Of a stretch of DNA of 64,000 bases, positions 26,422-39,272 are shown one piece after another. This DNA comes from Ramazzottius varieornatus. Lineage: Eukaryota; Animalia; Tardigrada. The stretch is from positions 6,779,280 through 6,843,279 of the forward strand of contig BDGG01000001.1 of assembly GCA_001949185.1 (NCBI GenBank). The letters are read 5' to 3'. The notes beneath the pieces were generated by a model. That model searched no databases. It was not told the DNA's origin and saw nothing but the letters and a program-made list of their open reading frames with translations. How positions within the stretch are numbered: position 1 is the first letter of the stretch; every line of letters begins with the position of its first letter. Position numbers and translations under genes: made by a program.

Positions 26422-29400
26422 ATGACAAGGAGCAATCTTACCGGATGTCGTGTCCTGTTTGTCATGTATCTTTCATTAATACCGACCGGTCTTTCGAGCT
26501 CCTTCCCTTCCTCATCCGCTACCACGACGCTGAAGCCCCTTCTGACACTGCCCAATGTCACACGGATATCGGATAGTACCCTGTTAACCAACAGTTCGAC
26601 GGTCCGTGAAGCCCGCGAAATCCAGTGTCTCCCCATTAGACATACGTTTGCCTCGTCAAAAAGCGGTCTTGATGGTCTTCAAGCACCCAGGAGGGCCATT
26701 AATGGTAAGTGCCTGCGTGTGTGCCTCTCACAGTCTCAGCAATCGTAAAAAAGCCCCATATCATCGATTATCAAAACTGCTGCTCAGCTTTCTGTAAACA
26801 AACAATCAAAATTCTCGACGGGCAAAAATCAATACACAAAATCTAAGTACCCTGCGCACATATGGACAATTGGCTTCGAAAGCTGCGAAAACTTAGGATT
26901 TCGAAATTTTACTGGTCTGCACTAGCTCCTTGTTACTCTGACGGAACTCGCTTGCGTCGTCCTTCTACAAGGTGGGTCAACATGGTGGGTGTAATCACGT
27001 ATCGAGAGTAAACTTTCAGCGTATGTTCTGATCATCTGGCATTGAAAGAAAAGTCACGGAGACGATTACACATGTTCCGTAAACCCAGGGAACAGCAGGG
27101 ATGAATCAGGCTGGCCCAGTATGCAGTGTCTGCATAGCAATACAAGCAGCATGTCATTGATATTTTATCGCCGGTAATTTGCATTCTGCATGAGGCCCAT
27201 TATCGAACGGCGACAACCTTCATCCACCGTATCTGCCTGCATCCTCAGCCAAAGCTAAGTTTGATGCCTCTTTGCGTCTACATCGCTGTAAACGTCGTTA
27301 ACGGTGTTTCGGGACATGCATACCAAAGTCACCGGCTGATAATGGCGTCTCACACACCTGCCTTTGTGCAGCAGCAACATGCATGGGGATCTAACCTTGA
27401 ACACAATCAGCTGCTCTGGCGCATTATGTGTGCTATCGAGTCATAGGTAGGGCCTTTGTGGGATATGGGCCAAAGTCCGATAAAGGTTGAAAAGTCGACC
27501 CGACTAGACGAGCTAAAAGTAAGTGGGGGAAAGACTGCCAATAGAAGGTTGACGCTTTGAAAGGTTTCCGGTGATTAAATTACCGTTCAAATAACAGGAA
27601 CTTCACGCGGTTCATCAACATGCACACCATAGACCAAACAATATAGCCGATGTGTCTGACCTTCTGATCCCTTATCGGTATCGGCATACCGAAAAAACTT
27701 ACAGCGGGCCTATGGAACTAAAACCAGGAAGTAGTCTTTCCGGTCCTTTCTTGGTGGATCCATATCAAAGGAAATTTAACGTCTCGAGTTGAACTGCGCG
27801 AGAGGTTGAGGACAAACGAAATCCGACAAAACGATAGAAATTCAGAAATAGGCCGGTACTTATTTTTGCTGCTGCTTCTTTCGTAATGGTCTATAAGGCT
27901 CAAACGATGTCCACGAACCCATTGGAGCGGATAGTTTCTTCGGGGTTGCGACCGCTTCCCAGGGATGGACACGGATGATTTGCGTGGGGAAGCTACATCA
28001 CAACTGGTCATCAAAGCTGTATAGAAGGAAGCCTTGAGGCTTGTCTGGCAGAATTGCTTGTCCGATCGAGGAAGCTAATCGAATTTCTCCTCGCTATATC
28101 ATTTATGTGTGCTATTGCATTGCCGAATGCCCAGACAGGCATCTTGAGGAGCAGAGAAAAGAGCGTAGAATTGCGATCGACCTACTGAGTCTTCAGACGA
28201 AATTTGAGACCGTGATAATTCCACAAAGAGTATTGCTCTGGTCAGGAGGTACAATCTGGCTGTATTGGAGGAGTGTTATCATCCTATCGATCATCATACA
28301 ATTAGCAAGTGCTTGTGACCATGCAAAAGGCAAAGCCGAGAGCCTCGGTCCATTCCTACATATACAAAGTACATGTCCCCTTCACTTCATCACAAACAAG
28401 GAAACATTTCAGCGTTCTAACATGACTAAGTACCATGCGTGATGTGACGGTTTTGTCTGACACGACGAAGCCTCCCACCAATACACTCAACTATTTGATG
28501 AAAAATAGCCACTTTTAAATGGTGGAGTGAATTTACGACTGGCCATTCTTGACATATTGAGATCTCGTCGTGGGGCAAATATGGGCAATTTAACGGCAGC
28601 TTTCTTCTGAGTAAGCTCAAATATAGTCCAAAGTCCGAAGTACTCACATAGCGTAGCTGCACAAAATCAATCAAGATTCTTGGCGGTCCCTTCTCACTTC
28701 TCAGCTCCTTCTTGTGAGGCTCAATTGCACCCAGGCCGTAAACTTTTTGGCTGCTTGTTTAATGAAGCCTGAAGCATCCTTCAGCCAGAGATCGAGTAGA
28801 GCCATTCGTTGACACTCTTCGTAAAAAGTAGCAAAGCCGAGTCAATATTACATGAGATAGTTGCGCTTTTTGCCTGTGGGCCATATTGACGAGCCAGTAT
28901 ATGGTGCAAGTCGATATTCATTACTGATCGCAACTGAATTGTAACAAAGTTTTCTTATCTTCGTCTTATGCGCTCTGCAGAGAAGACCACGTTCCGGGTT
29001 CCCCGAGTGTCAGCTGTTCCGAGGAGCAATTTGGGATGAGCTACTCACTAGATGGTCCGACTAGTCGTTCACCCCATCACCAAAGTCAGACGGTTCAGGT
29101 TCTAGTTTCTGAGTCGCTCTGGACCTCCATGAAACTAGGCGAGTGGCTCCTCTGTGCCCGTCTAACTGAAGCGTAGTCCACAGCCCATTTGTTTTGCATA
29201 GTCTTCGGCGCAGTTCACCATCTTTCGGGTATCAACGTGCACGCTCAGACTCCGCTGAAGACACTTGAAGCTCATGATGGGTCGTCGTTGCGTGGGTCTA
29301 TTGGGGGAGATTGGAATTCCTGATGGGTCGTATAGGAGTGACAGGGAGCCACTTGTCCTTTGATATGGGAGGTTATCTGGGCTCTCTAGATTCCTGTGCA

Positions 29401-32400
29401 TGTTTAGTTTCATGGGGAAAAGGAAGCAGCCGGCGTGTCAATAGGTCCATACCAAAGTTGTGCTGTTTTTTCTTGCCTTTTCGACTTGACAGCGGCGAGA
29501 TTGCGTGGCTGACTCGAGCATGTTTCGGTCAGCTTTCATCATGGAGCTGCTTGTTATGATCGAACAAGCTCGCGCAGCGTGTCACCGAGAGCCCGACTTG
29601 TTATATTAGTTTTTTCGGTTCTGCGTGTTGATGATGACAGTATCAAGAGGGGAGGCTTGTTTTTCCAAGCGTGCCGCCAAGCCCACTCTGTAATATTTTC
29701 CTGCTCATTCATACAAATTTCATTGCCACTTTCAATCGGCTGGGTCCTCTGTTGATGACTTTGTGCAGACTGCATGGCTAGATAAACAAACAAAAGTTTT
29801 ACGCTAGGCAAGTTCAACTGCTACATTCTGGCACCTATTGTAGAAAACTGCACACTCAAAAGATCGTGGTGTTCTTCGGTCCCTATTAAACCTCATAGTT
29901 CAATGTCGTCACATATTCGAAAAACAGCTTTAGTACGTAGTGATGGACACGGCCTGTTGAAGTCGAGCGCGAAGATGGTTTTGCATAGTTTTTTGCTTCG
30001 TTAATTTGATGGGTTACGTCAGTTGATTGATGATGACTGATTTTTAAGCATATTTATAGCTTTTTCTCGCGGTGGTCTTCGCGCTGCTCTGTCCAGTGCC
30101 GGCCTCGAACCAGTTTTGTGAACGGTTGCAAGTTGCGACGAGCGAGGAAGTCAAAGCAGTCATAAAACCGTCAGTGGATAAACGGAATCCTGATGAATGA
30201 TTGTTTGCATTTTTGCTCCTCGTGTATACAGTAATACGCCCTTTCTAGCTCTTCGCTAGAGAAATCAAGACTATCTAGTCTTGGAGAAATACACATGGTT
30301 AAATCAAACGCATGACAGCACACTCTTCTTCGCCAAGCTAAACCCGGCGAGCGATTCTTTCGTTCGCTGCCGCCGTTATAAAAATTGCAAGCATGACTGC
30401 GTTCAATCATGCCGTAAATTGCACCTTGTGATAGGTAATACTTTTCACGTTCTTGTTAGAATTTGACTGGAAAGTGGTGTGAACGGAAGATGCTGCGTGT
30501 TCATGAGAGTATTACAGGCATTAGGGTTCGATATAATCAGCATAAATTGTAGGTCAGCGTATTTCCCTGTCTGGCCAATGATTTGCTGAAATGCTTCCCA
30601 GTTGATAAATCCATAAAATTTCTTGCATGTTAAATAGGTGCCGTTAATGCGCCGATGGAATGGTCACATGTTGATTCTACAGCTCATAGACTTCCTTGTG
30701 CATGTCTTGTCAGCAGCGTTATAGCTGGATACACTGCTGGGTAAACGCGACAGCATGTTGTCCACAAAGACCCTTTTTCAAAATTGATGGACAGTTCAAA
30801 GGTGGACAGATACAAGCTAAAAAGCGGTTCGTATGTGCCGAATGCTCAAGCTTGTCGAGATTGGAAATGTACGGGATTATAAAGATGGACAGCTACAAAG
30901 TACGTGTTTCACCAGCCGCTCAGCAGTCGACTTTGAACGTTTGAGGTGGCTATAAGTTCTGTGTTTCCAACCGACACGGAAGAACAAAAATGTTTTGGCC
31001 AGAATGCTCGAAAAACTTCTGCTTGAATGTGACAGTGTGGATTTCTCATTGCCGCTATACTGTGGTTCGAGTAGCTAAAACGTAAAAAGTGGATGCAGTA
31101 AGCTAGTAGTGACGATCGTTCGTCAAACCGACCCGATTGAACCACAAAGAAAACATGAAGCTAAAAGATCGAATCTCAAGATTTCTCTGTTTCCCCCCCC
31201 TCCCAAAACTCCGACGGAGGATTTCATTCTTGCCCAAGACTTGCATCGAATATTATTTGCCTGCGATGGAGGTGCCAAGTAGGCCAAAGAACAGTAGATC
31301 GACAACATCAATAAGCAGTGACTTTCCGCCCACTGACTTAACGGTCCCTAAAGAATCTTCCCATAAAGATTAGTCAAGATTAAAGTTTTTGACTAAACTG
31401 TCCTGATTGTCCAAAAGTTCAAATTGATCATTGCCAAACAGATTACGGCTTCTTTGCGAAGTCAATCAATCAGCTTCTTGATATTGCCGCTTTTCTCACT
31501 GATCCGAGAAGCTCCTCCTCTATCTATCAATCATCCCCGCTACAAACCTAGCTTCCTGGATTCATCAGTGTTTTTGTGGGATACTCGACCCATGACGTCA
31601 CTCCTCATGGTTCAGAGTTTCATGTTGAGAAGCCATGCGTAGCCTAACGACGCGCTTTGATTAAAATGGCCGAATGACATAAATGGCCTGGTGGATAATG
31701 GCCCATTGTTCAATGAGGGCTATTTGGAGCTAAATAGTTGACTGCGTATTGGGTAAGAAGAGTGTGTGAAAAGAGGGACGAGGAGGAAGTAGCCGGCTGG
31801 TGACCGGTGCGTGCTGGCTGGTTATGGCGGAATATCGGCTTCCATTGTCCCTGGCTGTAACCAAAGGCATGAACCATGACGGCTCAGCTTGCATGGAAGC
31901 CTTTAGCCACACACAGTACGTCATCGCAAGCTGTCACGATGGGGAAGAAAGGACATGCTCGGGTTTGGTCAAGTAGCTTTCCCAAAAGATTGTAAGCGGA
32001 TGCCGCGGCGTTCATCCGTGAATGACACTGTTCGTTGTGGGTCTTCCCTCAAAAGCGGCTAGGCGAAATATCGAACAGAGTTCATGGTTTCCCTTATCTG
32101 TGTCTGATGACATATAGAACCGTAGAATTGAGAAATACAGTAAGATACATCGAGATTGCACGCACAGTACCGATACAGTATTGGATTCAGACTTCAACAG
32201 TTTTATAGTATGTATTAATAATTCTGTTACCGTAGAATGAAACACAATCTTACCGGCGAAAAAAAGTGTACTAAGTGTCCGCATTGATTACAACAGAATT
32301 GTTTTTGTGGAGTACCCGAATAATAACTTGGAAGTTTAGTTAATGGGTAAAGCGTGCAGTGCGATCTCGGTGATATGGGCGTATTACTCGCAAAGCTCAA

Positions 32401-35400
32401 GAGCGCCGTGGTTATCTCGTGCAACGCACTTATTTTTTTTGCAGGGGATCATTTGACCATCTGCGCCCAGGAAAGCACATGCTGCACAAAAGAGATGGAG
32501 CAGAAACTGAGTACATTGGCCCGGGCGGATTACGAGAGGCTATTTGGTGATCACGTCAATCGCTTTAAAGCGCTGCTAATCGCCCGAACCACCAGATTTG
32601 ATGGTACGTATCACAGCTATCACAACATTTCACATGGGCATATCTTTGCCGTTAAAGTAGCGCAAATGACTATCCAACAATCCTGAGAGAAGAATGTCCA
32701 CACCTTGGCCAGGTATTTTGTGGACATTCTCATTAAGCCGTCTTTAGGCTGCACAAAGGGATACCGGCGGAATCTGTGAGCTGCTGCGGCATGCCAGAGA
32801 TTTGTGCCACACATAAACCACTCAAAAGAATCGAGACTCGCTTCAGCCGTCTCTTTGTCCCACCTTTTGCCCGGCTTTGTGCTACTTTGTGGCATTCTTC
32901 ATCGGGACACCACAAAACAAACGTTTACCCATTAAAGGCTCAGCAGAGCAACAGCAAAGCCTCCGTCATCTATCTCAAGCCTCATAACAATCACTGAAAT
33001 CTACCAAACAATAGGCTAACGAGGATTTGTCTGGCTCGTTAATTGCAATTTGACGAAGATGAAAGACAAAAGGAGGCTCAGCTTAACCTTGCATGATCAA
33101 AGGTCTTCTCTCAGCTAATGTAGACCTTCCCTCGGGCCACCTCAGAATATGATGACAAAAAATACTCACTAGCTCCCATCTGCCACTTTTATAAGAAAAT
33201 GACTCAGCATACCCTGCCCAAGATTGGAATCTTGTGAATTTTAGCAACATTCCGTCCATCTGAATTTCAGTAAACGGAACCAGTTGCGCACTTGATCCCA
33301 ACATAATTCTAAACGGACACTTTTTTTCTACAGAGTTCTTCACGGAGCTGATCCGGAACTCGCGCCACAGTCTGGACAGTATGTTCAGCAGGACTTACGG
33401 AGACCTGTACATCAAAAACAAAGACGTCTTCACTGAGCTGTTTGACAGCCTCGAGTTGTACTATCACGGAAACCGAGGTCGTGTCGACCTGAAGCACACT
33501 ATGGACCACTTTTTCGTCAGTCTCTTCCAGAAAATGTTCAGCCTTCTGAACGCCCAGTACGCCTTAGAGAGCTCACACAACCACTGCATAAAGCGCGTGA
33601 TGGACAAGATCAAGCCTTTTGGCGAAGCGCAGGAACGGCTGACCAACCAAATTAGACGTGCTTTCGTCGATGCTCGGACCTTCGTACAAGCCTTGGCCAT
33701 CGGGCGGGATACTCTGCGGACAGCTTCGGAGCTGCCGGTGTCGCAACAGTGTACTCACGCCCTGACCAAAATGATGTACTGTCCGCAGTGCCGTGGTATG
33801 CTCGACCTCAAGCCTTGTCCATCTTACTGCCTCCATGTCATGAAAGCTTGCTTGGTCCACCACATCGAACTGGAATCAGAGTGGAACCAATATATCGGTA
33901 AGTAGTTTTTGAACATGGCGCCGTCATCTATCGCTGGTTCTTTTTTGAAGATCAATTCAGTGTGAACTGAAGCAAAATAATCGGAGAATATACGGGTCCG
34001 AAAATATACCCTAGTCGCTAATGCGCAGAGACGTTCTTGACCCGGTAAAAATCACCGGGACGAAAACCGTTACTGAAACCGTCCACTTCGCCGACATTCA
34101 CTGCATCTGTGGAACATGACGTCACAGACACGTGTGGTGAATTGAAAGTGACAGCTTGCTGGCCAGCGGTTGACATGACGTCATGCGCCACTTAGGTTTG
34201 TGTTCACTTTAAATGCACGTAACTTCGTTAGTCGAGGTTGACCAGGTTGGGATTCGAAAGAAGTAAATATTTATCGGGGAAAGATTCGATTACGGCGGTC
34301 TGTACCTGCTGTCAGGTGGAAGAAAGAATAGTTGTTAAGAAGTTTGCCCATCGAAAAGGTGAAGAGCTAAGGACGGTGTTTCCTTTAGAAGAAAAAGAAA
34401 GCACTTGAGTTTACCACAGTGAGCAATGCATAAAAGCAGGTTATTCGAGTCGAACCAGACGTCTCTCTTCTGAATATTATTCAGGCATTCATAATTCTAT
34501 AAGAAGCTGTGTGGTCAGTCAGGCAGATTTTTCTCACTGATAACTTCACAGCTGACCAGCTTCTGCCATTCATTCGAAAATCTTTCAGGAGAAAGCTCAC
34601 CAGAAGAAACCGACTGTAGTTCGGATCGCCATTGTCCGATTGTTCCATTCCTGCTGAAACGAAGGACTCCTTAGCCGTGATTGATTCAGCCGTCAGGTGA
34701 AACGAGGCCGCTTTCCTTTTATGTCCTTCCCTCCTGGAAAGCATTTTACAACCTTGTTGGCAGGTCTTTCATGGTAGCCGCCATTAAACACGTTTAATGA
34801 CGGTGTTTACGATCTTCAGACTCGGTAAGCGCGTTCGGGACAGACTGGCTCATTCGCTTACTGATACCTCTCCTGAGACACCATTAATCCCTTCGCGTCT
34901 AATGCAAGTAGCGTAATTAAGTGATCAGCTATGCATGATGCACTTGTCAACTGTGATTCCACTTCGTAACCGTTGATGAAGTTCCTCGAGGAGCAAGCCG
35001 TAAACAAAATGTCGTGTAGGCAGACGACTCAAGTGAGGTCGGAACGTAATGTCTGACAGTTAGCTTACTTCTCATTGTAAACTTCTGTCTGAGGTTCCCC
35101 GCCGTTCCTAATCAGCCGTTAGACAGTTCGGAAGAATGTAAGAAATCTAGACACCTGAACCAGAAATGAAAACATGTTTTGAGCGTCGAAGTTAAAATCC
35201 TCAAATCGAGGCTTTGACGCATTAACTCTTTCTAATAAAAGGGGGTTAAATTCGCTCTTCCTTCATAAATGAAAATCTGGGCACAGCTGCTGGTGTTCCG
35301 GCTGACTTAAAGTCGAACGAAGTCCAGTGGCTAAGTGCGGGTCTGTCTGATTGTGAGGGGAAGTTGACCAAGTGTGTCCAGGGGGAAGGACAATATAATC

Positions 35401-37079
35401 AGCCCGCTTCGGACTTCGGTCCTTCCATCAGGATTATGCTAATCACCATTCAGACCAACTCGTGCTTATCTTCCTTCTTGCACATTCCAGATGCCCTCCT
35501 GGATCTGACTGGTCGCCTCCGAAGTCCTCTCAACATCGAAACCGTCGTTGTTCCATTGGACGTCAAAATATCCGAAGCTATCATGAACCTTCAAGAAAAA
35601 GCCGACAACGTTTCTCAAAAGGTACTCATACGTTGAATTCAAGATGAAAGTTATTTTGTCGTTACAGAATTATCATCTGAATAAGTTTCGGCAGCTAATG
35701 TTTAAAATTTATCATATTTGGTAATTTTGTGAGATCTTTATAGCCGACCGCAGGAGAGGGCACTGATTGTTACCACCAATTTTCACGATTTTTGATTAGG
35801 TATTTGCGGAATGTGGAAAGCCAAGGCTGACCGATCCTACCGCCAAAAGGACCAAACGAGCTTCGGTTGAACCCAGGGTCCGCAATCGTCCATCGCAGCC
35901 ACACACTTCCTCCAACCACGGTCCCTCATCGCAAGTCACCATTGGGTCTGGTCATCTCAACCTGGAGCAACTGAGTAAAGACATCAGAGACAAGCTTTCT
36001 CCTTCGAAAGACTTTTGGAGTACCCTACCATCGGAACTCTGTACGGACTACGCCAAGACGTTCAGGAACCCCGTCCAGGAAGACTGCTGGAACGGCATGA
36101 CCAAGTCCAAGTGAGTGGCATTCAGTACTACGTTGCTTTCTGGGTCTCGATTGGCCAACTGTTACTTTTCATAGGTCTTCGCACTCTTCAGCAGCGGAAC
36201 TGGCAGCTGGACCGTCCTCGCCCAAACTGACCAAAAGTTCTCATCCGGACAGCCTCCCAAAGTCTAGTGCACCAATCGGGCACCAAATCCAGCAGTTGAA
36301 ACTGGTCACATCCAAGCTGAAGCAGGCTGTCAAAGACGTCGATGTGGAATGGATCGAGACAGGTTAGTTTAACTCCCTGCAGATATTCCGGTTTAAGTGT
36401 GCACTGGTACGAAAATACAATTGGTAAAATTGGTAAAAACAAACGATCTACTTATATCACACAGTTTTAAACCTTCACTCTTTTTCGTTTCAACCATCAT
36501 TATCTTGTTCACGTCCGCCCTTACACTTGGTATTTTCTTTCGATTATCTACGAGTTTCGGTATCTTGCAGTGTCATCAGATGAAGAGCCTGGCGGAGACG
36601 ACGAGGACCACATCGAGCCGGACCGAGGCAGCGGAGAGTCGAAAATCATTGAAGGAAGCGGTAAAATCGACGTAACCATCGACAAGGACGCCGAACCTGA
36701 CGGTGCAGACGACATCATCGAAGGCTCCGGCAGAACTTCTGGTCCTGCAGGCACCACCACGTCCACTGGGTCGCCAGTCACTCACGAAGTTCGCGTCCAC
36801 CCGAAACTGCACACAACAGCACCAAAGATCTCCGTACCACCTCCCGAATGGAGCTTCGAGACAACAAGTACCACCACGGCAGCGACTACTACCACGGCTA
36901 CCACGACCACGATGAGGACAACTGCTACGATGAAAGCACCAACGTCACCCCACAGGCCGGTCACGCCGCAACCCAAAGCACCACCAACACGCGCAGCAGC
37001 CTCCAAGAAGGGGTGCTCGTGGGTGTCCGTGCTGCTGTTTGCTGTATGCGCTCGTTTCATATGGGTAAGCTGGATGTAA
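26422..37079 (+). CDS. Glypican (GPI-anchored heparan sulfate proteoglycan; Dally-like/GPC4-6 type), 7 exons
   Basis: Exons 26422-26704, 32445-32603, 33334-33897, 35491-35621, 35800-36110, 36175-36362 and 36571-37079. The product has a signal peptide, [74 protein letters not shown], a furin site KRTKR, CWNG, acidic GSG attachment sites and a hydrophobic GPI-type C-terminus. AATAAA lies at 37521. Confidence 0.95.
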
Positions 37080-37530
37080 GGTGGGAGGAGAGACGGTTCT
37101 CCAAAGGTAAATCTAGTCGAAAGTTGATTAAAAAGACAGATGTGATGGAACAATCAAACTCTTACTGGACTTTCGTTGGACTCGAGCGGGCACTGAACCT
37201 GCAGAGATTGCGAGAGAATTCTGGGCTTCAGAATAAGACGGAAATTTGGTGCCGGCGGAACCACTCAATCATTGCTTTTCCGGACAAAGAAGACTTCCAA
37301 AGACGAACTTTTCTAAACTACTGACTGAGCAGTCGTGCAAATGGATTGCGCATGCCTTGACGACTGTTTGCCAAATGTGATGTTCTAATTTCGACAGTTT
37401 TTATAGAAATTTATCGTATGGGAATCTCCCAACATGGGAGCGGAATCCTTGCGCTTTTGCATTTATGCTGCTGTACCGTGTATCCCCCAAGATACTTTTT
37501 TGTAGCGAACATTTTCCAAAAATAAACAGA

Positions 37531-38587
37531 CTACACAGATGAAGTAACACTGGTTAATGTAATCATGGAGCTCCGCGTGGTCGATGTACCCAATTTATCC
37601 GCTGCCGCGGGCATGACAGGTTCGAATGTCTTCGAACCATTGGTCTTGCCGAAGTCTTGATAGTTGTCAGACAGGAGCGCGACGATTGTTTGGGCAGGCG
37701 TTAGATCCAGCGGAGACACTTTGAGGCAGTGACGGACCGAGGTACCGTTGAGAGGTGCAGTATTGGTACCGTTTAGCGTGGACAGCCAGATGGGCGTTGA
37801 CCCAACGAAAGACTCGGTTCAGTGCGGTAAAACCTTCTTCTTCGAAGGGGCTCAGGAAATAGCTGGCCGCCGCTTGTTGCTCCACCGTGTTATCCTGGAG
37901 GTACAGGGACGTACAGTATGAACAGGCAACATAACTTCCAAAAGAGGAGCAGCAAATCTAATTGCTGCGATGTAAGTGCTATATGAGAGTCTGGAAGTTG
38001 ACTCCCCTCGTTCTTCGCCGTGGCGAAAGCATTTCGCCTCAATCAATCAGCCGTACACGAAATGTTATTTCTCGCCACGGCGAGGAACGGCGAAAAGTTT
38101 TATTTTCGCTTCGCCGAACCTTTACTGCTCAGATGTAGTTTCAGGTTTTACCGAAGACTTCGAGACCCGTCATCGAATCGAACGGTAGGGGTCGACGTTT
38201 TAGAGTTGTTCGTCGGTGCTGAGGCTCAGGAGCTGGGCTAGGTTTCTTCGGCGGAGACGTCGATTGACAAGAGCTGGTGAGCTGACTTTAGGTACAAAGG
38301 CGTTGTAGTCGGACAACGAGAAAATAGGCGAGCTGGGCGAGTGTGTGCCATAACGGGACGAGAAAGAACTTTCGGTCTGGTCGAGCTAGACGCGGATAGG
38401 CACACCAGACGATGGAGACTTTGCAGGTGTCGAACTCGAACCCAACAGCCTCGTACCGACCCTTCCTTCGGCTGCACTGGTTAAATTCGTCAAATATAAC
38501 AGGAGAGCCACCCTGCGGAGTAGAAAAATTTGCCTGAGAAACATAGTCGAAGGGTGTCACTTTCAGGAAAAAATTCAATAGCTTCAC
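37531..38587 (-). pseudogene. Possible degraded BTB/BACK-like gene fragments
   Basis: Discontinuous protein-like fragments in different frames, with stops. WHTLAQLAYFLVVRLQRLC is like a BTB C-terminal helix and PFEEEGFTALNRVFRWVNAH is BACK-like. A hairpin at ~38009-38089 interrupts them. The resemblance is weak. Confidence 0.2.
38009..38089. repeat. Short inverted repeat / mini-hairpin
   Basis: CGTTCTTCGCCGTGGCGA ... TCGCCACGGCGAGGAACG (17/18 complementary), with an inner CATTTCG/CGAAATG pair. Confidence 0.65.
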
Positions 38588-39272
38588 GGCGGCAAAACTT
38601 TCGGTATCACGGGAGCTTTCAATATGACGAAAGCGTGCACGTGATTTCCAAAATAGTAATAATTTGATAGCGTCTGCAAATTTGGAGGAAACACCCAGCC
38701 GGAAAGTAAAATGATGGTCAAACTACCGCTGATTTACCGTAGGTCGATGAGCGGTCCGAACTTCTGTCGTAGGCGATCGCTTTTGTTGACCACTTGACCT
38801 GCGAGCAAGTAGATAGGCTACAGTGTTTGGGTTCCTCAGCACAGTTCTTTGTGGTCGAGCGCCTGCGGGTTGCGTCTTCGTTTGCCCAGAGAGCAGCAAA
38901 CTTTGAGCACAGCGCTATAGCGATCGTATCAAAGTGACCATTTTCGCTAAATCCTGGGCTCAGGACTAGAATGGATCGTTCTACAGCAGTTCTCGTACTG
39001 AGAATGAAAGTTTCCGTCAGTTCGACGGAAGTCAATACGTGCAGTACTTTAACCCCACCTTCGTTTTCCATGTTTAGTTTGAAGAGACATTTCTAAATTA
39101 AATAGTTGAAATTTCATACTGAGCAAAAATCAAAACAATATTTGAACTAGCAGTCAAAACAACAAAAACAAAGGCACTATAAAATTAAAATCAGCCAGAA
39201 ACCACCCGAAGCATATTCGATCACAGGGAAAGCCCAACTTGTCAGAAGCCAGCATTAAGCATCAACTTAAAA

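Noticed and set aside
27000-32300. Nested gene or transposase remnant in the 5.7-kb first glypican intron (e.g. 28426-28860)
   Set aside because: Only short ORFs with frequent stops and no diagnostic motifs.
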